A stretch of 64,000 bases of DNA from a virus (taxonomy: Duplodnaviria; Caudoviricetes): IMG/VR virus record IMGVR_UViG_3300047159_000056, positions 143,397 to 207,396 of that record; one strand, 5' to 3'. Made by a program: the position numbers and the translations under genes. The notes under the pieces are model-generated. The model was not told the origin of the DNA. It worked only from the letters and a program-made list of their open reading frames with translations, and ran no database searches. Of this stretch, positions 31,019 through 38,943 are shown piece by piece. The first letter of the stretch is position 1. Each line of letters begins with the position of its first letter.

Positions 31019-32887
31019 TTAAAATATATTTTCTAGCATATCTTGTACTACCTTTGCTGACTCTTCTCTAGAATCTTCAGCCATTTTAGAGATAATGCTA
31101 AGTTGTTTATCTACCCCATTACTATATCCAGATTCCTCTCCAGCATCTATAGACATTTTTAAGCTATAACATGCACTAGCCAAGGAATCCCAAACATCTT
31201 TACTTCCTTTTCCATTATTAACATCAAAGACATTAGAATTTTGAGTTGCTTTCTTAGGGTGATCTATTTTATATCCCTTTGAAGTAGGAACATATCTAAG
31301 ATCATAAGCCTCCCTTAATAATCTTCTATTTTCTGGTATCTCAATCATTTCTAAGAGTATGAGATTTTTTAAATATAAGGCTGGATCACAAGGAACATTA
31401 TCAGTAGAAATTCTTCCGTTAGTAGCTATGTTTTCCCTTTCACAATCTTGAAGAATTTGTTTAGAGAAAGCTATATCGGCACTAACTACAATATTATATG
31501 TTTTCTTAAGAGACATAATTAAGTCAAATACATGAAATAAACTAGTCTCTTGTCCTTCCTTTCGAGCTATAGCCAAACTAAATATACACTTAACTTTAGG
31601 CCACTTAACTCCATTTATTATCTCCCAACCATCAAACTGAACTGCACTCATTCCAGTATAATCATCTACTGTAGCTAAGTCAAGTCCTAACCAAATAGTA
31701 GAAGTTGGTCTAACTAATGATAAGGCAGGAGAAATTTTATCTATTATTCTATCAGTCTTATCAAAAAAGTCAACCTGGATAATCTCTGGTATATTATTCT
31801 TTTTCTTATAACAATTTACCATATGCTCCATGTTTCCACCAAAGAATGAATCAGATGCACTAGTAGAAACACCACACTTATCCTGTAATGTTTTTTCTAG
31901 ATTCAATTTGCATTCAACCATTAATTGCCAGGGTAATCTAAGAACTCTATCTGGATCTTGGTCTTCTGCTAATTTATAATCTTCAGCTAATATTTGTGGA
32001 GGATATTTACCATCTCCTATATATACTGGGAAAGTTCTACCACGACTCTCTTTATAGGATTGTGGTTTAACTTCATAATGAGTTGGCTTACAGTACCAAG
32101 TTAAATCAGAAGGAGAATTATCTAAGAACCATTCAGTACAGGAATTATTACCTTTTGCTGAGGAGTCTATAATTAAGTTTCCCACCTTAGTCATTGCATC
32201 TCTATCAAATCTAGATGTAAAACGACCATATGCTGTTTCAACTATTCCTTGCGCTTTCTCTTGATTAGGATAGAAGTTAATCTCACTTATTATATATACA
32301 AGAACATCACTACCAAGACCAGCCTGACTTAGAGGGCCTGATGTTAGTACTTGAAATTTAAAACTTTTCTTAGTATTTTTGAAGAATGGTGACTTTTCCA
32401 AAACTTCTTGAGTAAACCAATACTTAAACTCTTTTCTTGCAACCTCTTCATCCCTGTGATAGATAACTGCACTAAAAGGCTTTGGAGTTAGTTTAAGAGT
32501 TCTACTAGGATTATTCATACAAAGAAGTCTAGCATAAGTCATAGCTAAACATAATCTAGATACAGTAGACTTACCAGTACCAATTGCTCCAGATAGAACT
32601 AAGAATGGTTTTGCAGTTAAGACAGAACTGGGATAAATTATTGGTAAACTCTTCTTCCAATAGTCAAAGAGATTATTTCCTTTATCAAAAAATTCTGTTC
32701 CTCCTAAGAAATACTCATCAGAATATAATTGCTCTATACTAGGTGGTATTTTATTGTAACCATTTATCTTACAAAATATTAATAGTTTTTCTTCATCCGT
32801 TAACTTTGCATATTGCTCCTCTATTGAAACTCCACTGAAATCAATTAGGGATGTTGGGTCTGTATGATCTATAAAACTATTTATCAT
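31019..32887 (-). CDS. terL: Terminase large subunit
   Basis: Walker A SGAIGTGKST, Walker B-like YIISE, coupling motif DSS, nuclease GLDLA...KDVWDSLA. Confidence 0.85.
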   Translation of the reverse strand: MINSFIDHTDPTSLIDFSGVSIEEQYAKLTDEEKLLIFCKINGYNKIPPSIEQLYSDEYFLGGTEFFDKGNNLFDYWKKSLPIIYPSSVLTAKPFLVLSGAIGTGKSTVSRLCLAMTYARLLCMNNPSRTLKLTPKPFSAVIYHRDEEVARKEFKYWFTQEVLEKSPFFKNTKKSFKFQVLTSGPLSQAGLGSDVLVYIISEINFYPNQEKAQGIVETAYGRFTSRFDRDAMTKVGNLIIDSSAKGNNSCTEWFLDNSPSDLTWYCKPTHYEVKPQSYKESRGRTFPVYIGDGKYPPQILAEDYKLAEDQDPDRVLRLPWQLMVECKLNLEKTLQDKCGVSTSASDSFFGGNMEHMVNCYKKKNNIPEIIQVDFFDKTDRIIDKISPALSLVRPTSTIWLGLDLATVDDYTGMSAVQFDGWEIINGVKWPKVKCIFSLAIARKEGQETSLFHVFDLIMSLKKTYNIVVSADIAFSKQILQDCERENIATNGRISTDNVPCDPALYLKNLILLEMIEIPENRRLLREAYDLRYVPTSKGYKIDHPKKATQNSNVFDVNNGKGSKDVWDSLASACYSLKMSIDAGEESGYSNGVDKQLSIISKMAEDSREESAKVVQDMLENIF

Positions 32888-32912
32888 ATATTATCCAACT
32901 TATTTTATTTAG

Positions 32913-32959
32913 TTTCTGTAGTCTCATCGAAGAGTAGACACCTAAAGTCGCTACAGAAA
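32913..32959 (-). ncRNA. Three-way-junction RNA element, copy D
   Basis: UUUCUGUAG-c-GAC(uuuaggu)GUC-UA-CUC(UUCGAU)GAG-a-CUACAGAAA. Confidence 0.7.
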
Positions 32960-32967
32960 GTATATTT

Positions 32968-33453
32968 TTAAATTCCGATTATTTCTCTAAGAGGACGTCC
33001 TTTTCCTCCATTAATAGATTGCATTCTTGAATTAAATTTTGCAAGGTCTACAGCATTCTTAACGGCTTTCTTAGTAACTGGCTGACCAGATTCTCTAAGG
33101 CCTACTCTAGCAAATCTTCCTAAAGCTTTTTGTACACTTGGATTAGTGGTGTTATATATTCCTTTTCCGGCTCTTCCAGATCTTCCAGCTATACCAATGA
33201 CTTTATTTATTACTTCCTCCTTATTTGCATTCTCTATTCCTCTTCTGCTGATCTTTTTACCAATATCTCTTATTCTAGAAAGTGCTTTGGCCTGACTTCT
33301 TATAGATGCATACTCTTTCTGTTCAGGTTCTTCGTCAGAATACATCATTTCATCCAGATATTGATCTTCGTCTACAAATTCTGTAGAACTAAATAGTCTT
33401 TCCTCACCATTCTCATCTTCAAATGTCGAGTATAGTTTACGTCTTATATACAT
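32968..33453 (-). CDS. MYIRRK-subfamily basic protein (true start 33453)
   Basis: MYIRRKLYSTFEDENGEERLFSSTE; internal QKEYA. Confidence 0.75.
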   Translation of the reverse strand: MYIRRKLYSTFEDENGEERLFSSTEFVDEDQYLDEMMYSDEEPEQKEYASIRSQAKALSRIRDIGKKISRRGIENANKEEVINKVIGIAGRSGRAGKGIYNTTNPSVQKALGRFARVGLRESGQPVTKKAVKNAVDLAKFNSRMQSINGGKGRPLREIIGI

Positions 33454-33454
33454 G

Positions 33455-34179
33455 TTATTTCTTTTTATTATGTTTATATTGGTAATATTTATAACCACCA
33501 TATCCAATACCACTAGCTAATGCCAATCCTCCAGCAACTTTGCCGACTGTCTTAAGATTTTTGATTCTTCTTAATTTGGCATTTTTTAGAATCTCAGTCT
33601 TCTTTGCTGCGGCTTTAGCTTCTGCTCTAGCAATATTTTCAGACTTAGCTCTAGCCTCTGCTCTAGCTTTTTCTCTCAACTCTTCTTTTATTTTTGCCTT
33701 AGCATTTTCAGCATTAATTCGCTTCTTGATATCATCCTCTACTTGTTTTTCTATGGCGGATTTATTACGTTTTAATTTATTATCAAAAAGTTGACTTTGA
33801 TGTTCTGGACTAAGTCTATGGATTCTAGAGAACTTATCATTAAATAAACTCTTAGCTCCCCTTCTTTGAGCGGCTCTTCCTTCTTTAAGTAGTGATTCCT
33901 GCTTATCGGCCAGTTTAGATATATCTTTCATACCTTCTACTTTGGGACTCCAAGATCCTCCTTTAACTAAAGGTGTGGTAGAAGCAACCTTATATTTATC
34001 ATATACCTTCTTATAGCTTTTATCTATAGGGTTAGTAAGAAAATTATCAGTTGAAGCACTTTCTAATCCTATCTTCATATCAGACAATGCTCTTCTAGCC
34101 TTTTGTGCTTTGGAATTAAAGGTTCTTTCCTCTATCTCCCCCCCCCCCCTGAGAGGATATTGTTTCTTAATATTATCAT
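33455..34179 (-). CDS. Leader-family tail-anchored protein interrupted by a G12 tract (34138-34149); in frame at G10 or G13
   Basis: ATG at 34179 overlaps the upstream TGA; G10 gives MIILRNNILSGGGEIEERTFNSKAQKARRALSDM... Confidence 0.7.
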
Positions 34180-34469
34180 TTTATTTTATTAATTAGAGCT
34201 CTTCCTTTTTCAAGAGCTAATTGTTGTCTAACTGCAGTGTCTAATTCTAGTGTCTGAGGTGAAAACTTAGGATTATCAAAAGGAACAATTAGGTTTTTAT
34301 ATTTTTCCAGAGTCCTAAGAGAACCGCCCTTAGTTACTGGTTTCTGTATAGCGCTTTTGTATAATGCTTTCTCATACATAGGACCTTCAATCCCCTTTTT
34401 CATAATCCACTTATTCTTTAGAATCTTATTAAGCCTATTAGAATAAGTTTTTTGTCTTAAGACTATCAT
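34176..34469 (-). CDS. Leader-family basic protein (MIVLRQKTYS)
   Basis: ORF with leader motif. Confidence 0.65.
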   Translation of the reverse strand: MIVLRQKTYSNRLNKILKNKWIMKKGIEGPMYEKALYKSAIQKPVTKGGSLRTLEKYKNLIVPFDNPKFSPQTLELDTAVRQQLALEKGRALINKIK

Positions 34470-35173
34470 GATATTCCGTTATCTTTTTTTAATAAGTCCA
34501 TAAATTTCTCTATGGTTTTCTTTGTTTCTGGATCATCAAATTCTTCATTACCAGTTTTTTCTGCTAATTTCTTCAATTCTAATTCAGAACCGTCAATCAT
34601 AATGTCATCTTTCATCTCTTCTATCTGTGTAATAAAGTTCATGATCTCTCGTACAGCTAAGAAGGTATCTTGAATTGTCATCTGAGACTTATCAAAAAGG
34701 TTCTTAGGATCCAGTACATAATCAATAGCCAAGCTTAATTTACTTAGCATATGAACAATTAAGATAGGACGAATTGACTTAAATATTTCACTGAGATATA
34801 ATTCTAATGTTCTTCTGCTCTTTGGGTCACTTACATTTACTAGAGTTTGAGATAGAGAATCAAAATTTATCTGAAGGTCTGTTCCATACTCTTTATTATA
34901 TTTTGTAAATACCTGACTAAGAGCTAATTGCATTTCTTGTGCTTTTTGTTCTTTTTCGTTTTTAGACAGGGCAGAGGCATCTACTATTATATTCTTAGCA
35001 GTTCCAGATAGAGGTAATTTAGGAGCCTTTGATATAATTGATTTCATATCTGACTCTACATCTTGATCAGGCTCTATTAATTCATAGTTGTCTGACCTAT
35101 GATCTTCTTTACTATTACTTCCTAAGATCTGGCGCTTAAATTCTTCATTATCAAAAGGATTTATTGCCTCCAT
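34466..35173 (-). CDS. Helical acidic protein, terminase small subunit candidate
   Basis: Only sizeable non-family gene upstream of terL; positional inference. Confidence 0.35.
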   Translation of the reverse strand: MEAINPFDNEEFKRQILGSNSKEDHRSDNYELIEPDQDVESDMKSIISKAPKLPLSGTAKNIIVDASALSKNEKEQKAQEMQLALSQVFTKYNKEYGTDLQINFDSLSQTLVNVSDPKSRRTLELYLSEIFKSIRPILIVHMLSKLSLAIDYVLDPKNLFDKSQMTIQDTFLAVREIMNFITQIEEMKDDIMIDGSELELKKLAEKTGNEEFDDPETKKTIEKFMDLLKKDNGIS

Positions 35174-35185
35174 AATTATAACTCC

Positions 35186-35335
35186 TTAATTTGTAGTTGA
35201 TTTATCAGTTGCAGCTGCCTTTGATGCTCTTTCCATTTCCTCACCAAGAGATGCAGCTTGTTCTCCGTAGTCTTCATTTTGCATAGCCTCTACGTCAGAA
35301 TCTGAAACTGAATATTTCTTTCTTAATAATATCAT
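35186..35335 (-). CDS. 49-aa leader-family peptide (MILLRKKYSVSDSDVEAM...), below the ORF-track cutoff
   Basis: Translated by hand; ATGA overlap with the upstream stop. Confidence 0.65.
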   Translation of the reverse strand: MILLRKKYSVSDSDVEAMQNEDYGEQAASLGEEMERASKAAATDKSTTN

Positions 35336-35781
35336 TGCTGTGGTTGTTGTTGAGATTGATCTAGATTACTTTTCTTCTTTAGAAACATAGATCCAAGTAC
35401 ACCAGCTGCAGCTAATCCAAGTCCAGCTTTTCCCATTCTTGCTATATTTTTTCCAGCACCTGTAGCACCAAATTTACTCATGTCTCTAACATAACCAGAT
35501 GCTTGTTTATAATTCATCCTCATATTGGGGCTAGTAAGAACAGTTTTTAATCCTCCTTCTACTCCATTATTAATCAAAGCTTTATTTGCAGCAATACCAT
35601 GTTGAATTGCAGAGGCAGTGGCTAGACCTGCTCCAGTTACAGCAGCTCCTTTGGCTATAGTGGAACCTATATTGCTTCCTTGAGAATTATCTTGTGAATC
35701 ACCATTAATGGATCCAGTATTTTTTCCACTTCCAGTCATAAAATCCATCATCCCAAAAGATTTATTTCTTAGTATTATCAT
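35332..35781 (-). CDS. Leader-family protein (true start MIILRNKSFG at 35781)
   Basis: Leader plus two Gly/Ala helices. Confidence 0.65.
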   Translation of the reverse strand: MIILRNKSFGMMDFMTGSGKNTGSINGDSQDNSQGSNIGSTIAKGAAVTGAGLATASAIQHGIAANKALINNGVEGGLKTVLTSPNMRMNYKQASGYVRDMSKFGATGAGKNIARMGKAGLGLAAAGVLGSMFLKKKSNLDQSQQQPQQ

Positions 35782-36421
35782 TTCTACTATTCTTATCTTT
35801 ATAGTGTTTATATGCAACTAATCCAAGACCAGCTAGAGTTAAGGCAGATGCTCCACCAACTAATAATTTTCCCTTCTTTGATTCTAGGAAAGTATCACCT
35901 AGATTTGGATTAGACATAACATCTTTTAACATGGCAGATTTTTCTCTACCTATTTCTATATATCTATTTGGAAACTCTTTTCTAACCTTTCTTATTCCAG
36001 AGGCTAGAGCTTTCCTATAAGACTTCAATGCCTTAGTCTGATTTTTATTAAGACCTTTAAAATCAGATCTAGAGAAACTTTTTATCATATCCATCCTATT
36101 ATTTCCAGTATCATTAGATTTAACCCAACCTAATTTAGTATATAGGTCTACAGCTTTCTTATTACTTTTTGTTACTGATAATTTTTTAGCAGGGCTACGT
36201 TCTAAAAGACTTGTTGCTATTCCTTGATTTCTATATTTTGGATCTACAAATAGTGCAGTTATCCAATCATTTTCCCAGGATTTAAAACCAACCAGGGAAG
36301 ACTTATCAACTAACATTATTCCTTTAGTTTTACCAGGAATATATCTAGCATGGCAAAGAGAATTTCCAGGCCTTTTATATTGTAGTATATTTTCCTTGTT
36401 ATATTCTATTTCTTTTACCAT
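35762..36421 (-). CDS. GNAT acetyltransferase fused to a leader-family tail-anchored module
   Basis: LFVDPKYRNQGIATSLL and N..AVDLYTKLGW GNAT motifs, then IKSFS...AYKHYK. Confidence 0.75.
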   Translation of the reverse strand: MVKEIEYNKENILQYKRPGNSLCHARYIPGKTKGIMLVDKSSLVGFKSWENDWITALFVDPKYRNQGIATSLLERSPAKKLSVTKSNKKAVDLYTKLGWVKSNDTGNNRMDMIKSFSRSDFKGLNKNQTKALKSYRKALASGIRKVRKEFPNRYIEIGREKSAMLKDVMSNPNLGDTFLESKKGKLLVGGASALTLAGLGLVAYKHYKDKNSRNDNTKK

Positions 36422-36560
36422 AATTTATTTCAGTTTATTTTTACATAATCTGGGGAAGTGTGTTTAACTCAGGTCTCCTCTTTCTACCTGACACCTCCCA
36501 CTAGCATCAATTAGTTTTACCGTTAGTTATGTTAGCTACTGTACTTCACTAAACTTACGA

Positions 36561-36707
36561 CTATAACCACATTGGACCTTTGTATCCCTTGTCGTAAAGA
36601 TTTTCATAACTCTTAGCTGCTAAAAGTATATAAGCTTTAAACGGCAAAATCAAATAATGACCTGTCGTTTTAGCAGCCGTCTTAATAAAATTAAAAACTG
36701 CTTTCAT
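36561..36707 (-). CDS. 48-aa peptide (MKAVFNFIKTAAKTTGHYLILPFKAYILLAAKSYENLYDKGYKGPMWL)
   Basis: Translated by hand. Confidence 0.45.
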   Translation of the reverse strand: MKAVFNFIKTAAKTTGHYLILPFKAYILLAAKSYENLYDKGYKGPMWL

Positions 36708-36753
36708 AATAGAACTAAGATGTGGAGTCGAACCACAACCTAGTTAAATTTGT

Positions 36754-36797
36754 TCTCTCAGTCTAATTGAAGAGATAGGTTCTTCACCTCTGAGAGA
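36754..36797 (-). ncRNA. Three-way-junction RNA element, copy E (diverged)
   Basis: UCUCUCAG-a-GGU(gaaga)ACC-UAU-CUC(UUCAAU)UAG-a-CUGAGAGA. Confidence 0.55.
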
Positions 36798-36802
36798 TAT
36801 AT

Positions 36803-37439
36803 TTATTTATCCTTATAATGATTATATGCAAGTAATCCAGCACCAGTTACAGCAGCGGCTCCTGTTACAGCAGTTGCTACTTTATGATTGCCAATAAATT
36901 TACCCATCTTTCCTATAAAAGATGTATTATTAGGTTTAAATGTTTGATTTGTTACCCCACCGTGAACAAAATTTGCAGCTTTAACCTTTGGGCTAATAAT
37001 TTCTGCCTGTTTAGTTACCTTGGCTGCAGCTTCTCTTGCAGCTTTTGATTGAGCTAATTGCTGCTGATGCTCTTGTGAAAGATTACCTATTCTTTGATTT
37101 ATATTTTGTCTAGTTGTTTGATTAGCAACAGATTTTGGAATTCCGGCCCTATTAGCAGATCTTCCATTAACTAATAATTCTTCCTGTATAGCTCCTTTAT
37201 TTTGTGTAGCTTTATCTTGAAAAATTTTAAATTTTGCATTCTCTGTTCCACGCTTAGCTACAATTGGACTATTTGCTGCACCATTAACATCATATTTAGC
37301 ATTATATTTAGGATTGGCAGCAATATTTCCCTGATTCATATCCCAGGAAGCTCTTCTAGCTTTCTGAGCTTGGGAGTTAAATGTCTTTTCACTTAGTACC
37401 CCCCCCCCCGAGGAAGGTATTGTCTCTCAGTATTATCAT
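36803..37439 (-). CDS. Leader-family tail-anchored protein interrupted by a G11 tract (37399-37409); in frame at G10
   Basis: G10 gives MIILRDNTFLGGGVLSEKTFNSQAQKARRASWDM...; C-terminus AYNHYKDK. Confidence 0.7.
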
Positions 37440-37589
37440 AATTTAATTTATTTATATGGTTTCAAAAACAGATTCGAAAGTACAGGAAAAGAATGGAAAA
37501 TTTTACTAGGTATCCAACCTAGTATTAATTCCTCAATCTTAATTCAACAACCTGCACTAACGAATCCTCTGAAAATTTGTTTCAATTTC

Positions 37590-37700
37590 TACAAATAAGG
37601 AATTGTTAAAAAATAGGGTCAATTTTTGGGCGTTTTTTGTAAAAATTTGGCCGTTTTATTCAAAAAATTGACCTGATTAACCATAAAAACCTTATCTTTG
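37590..37700. promoter_or_regulatory. Divergent promoter pair around an inverted repeat GGTCAATTTTT/AAAAATTGACC
   Basis: CCTTATCTTTG (+, 37690) contains the Bacteroidota -7 box TAnnTTTG; CCTTATTTGT on - at 37600; each has TTGACC about 22 nt upstream. Confidence 0.55.
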
Positions 37701-37719
37701 ATTAAAAATAATAAAAAAT

Positions 37720-38124
37720 ATGATAAAAAATCTAATAATTTCAGTTGACTTTGATGGCACTTGTGTAGCACATGATTTCCCGAGAATAGGGGAAGACATA
37801 GGAGCTATTCCAATCTTAAAAAGAACAGTAGAGAATGGAAATAAGCTTATCTTAAACACAATGAGGTCTTATGGTGATGGTGAAATAGAAGACACAATTT
37901 CTCCAGCTATTGATTGGTTCTATGATAATGGCATTGAACTATGGGCAGTTAATAAAAATCCTAGCCAACATAAGTGGACAAATAGCAGTAAGGTGTTTGC
38001 TAATTACTATATAGATGACACAGCCTTAGGAGCTCCACTTAAGATAGACCTAAGATTAAGCAGAAGACCTTTTATTGATTGGGAAGCTATGGAAAAAATA
38101 TTAGAAGGAAAAGGAATAATTTGA
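37720..38124 (+). CDS. HAD-superfamily hydrolase/phosphatase
   Basis: VDFDGT motif I and YIDD motif IV. Confidence 0.8.
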   Translation: MIKNLIISVDFDGTCVAHDFPRIGEDIGAIPILKRTVENGNKLILNTMRSYGDGEIEDTISPAIDWFYDNGIELWAVNKNPSQHKWTNSSKVFANYYIDDTALGAPLKIDLRLSRRPFIDWEAMEKILEGKGII

Positions 38125-38165
38125 AAAAAGAAGAGAAGGAATTTAAACCTTCTCTCTTTTATTTT

Positions 38166-38870
38166 TTATATTTTTGTAATAATCTCATCTATCATACCAT
38201 ACTTTCCCCAGTCTCCACCTTTAGAAACTGGTAAAGCTTTTTCTGGTCTGACCCAATTATCTCTATCCATTCTTTTCCAAATCTCGTCATGATCTAGTCC
38301 GGTTGAATCCATATAGATCTTACAGATATCCTCTTTTAATTCTGTAATAAATTTAGCTTCTATTTCTATATCTGTTTGCTGACCTGATGTTCCTCCCATA
38401 GGCTGATGACATAGGAGTTTAGCAAGTGGTAGAGCTCTTCTTTTTCCTCTTGTCCCTGCAGTAAGTAATAGATTTGCACAGGATGCTGCCTTACCAATAG
38501 CTGTTGTAGATATATCATTTTTGACAGCTCCCATAGTTCCTAGTAAACCAAATAAGTCAGTTATATTTCCACCAGGAGAATTTATATAAAACTCTATATC
38601 TTTCCCATCGTCCTGTTGATTTAAGAATAAGATTTCTCCAATTGCTATATTACAGGTCTCTGGACAAAACTCATCTCCAAAAAATATAATTCTATTCTCT
38701 AAGAGGTGAGAAAATATATCTTGTTGTGACATATTTAATTCTGCCTCTTTTACAATATACGGAGATATTGTATTTCTTGTCTTACTTACTCTATCATCAA
38801 AACTAGTCATCTTATAAGGGTTTTTATCCTTATAAAAATTTCTGAAATCTTTAAATGTTTTCTTTCTCAT
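38166..38870 (-). CDS. clpP: Clp protease proteolytic subunit
   Basis: YINSPGG; triad AAS(Ser), HQP(His), RD(Asp). Confidence 0.9.
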   Translation of the reverse strand: MRKKTFKDFRNFYKDKNPYKMTSFDDRVSKTRNTISPYIVKEAELNMSQQDIFSHLLENRIIFFGDEFCPETCNIAIGEILFLNQQDDGKDIEFYINSPGGNITDLFGLLGTMGAVKNDISTTAIGKAASCANLLLTAGTRGKRRALPLAKLLCHQPMGGTSGQQTDIEIEAKFITELKEDICKIYMDSTGLDHDEIWKRMDRDNWVRPEKALPVSKGGDWGKYGMIDEIITKI

Positions 38871-38943
38871 TTTTATATTGTTTTAATCATAAGTAAGGAA
38901 AAGAAGGGGAGAACTATTGCTAATTCTCCCTTTCTAATGTTAT

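Noticed and set aside
36713-36745. tRNA or tmRNA gene
   Set aside because: Only a T-arm minihelix is present; no D arm, anticodon arm or tag reading frame could be built.
24094-36797. Junction elements as hammerheads or intrinsic terminators
   Set aside because: They lack the CUGANGA/GAAA core on either strand and lack a 3' U-tract in the transcribed direction.
5090-37439. Leader family as bacteriocin/RiPP precursors or Sec signal peptides
   Set aside because: There is no double-glycine site, transporter or modifying enzyme, and no hydrophobic h-region. The motif is shared with the scaffold and capsid proteins, which favours prohead protease processing.
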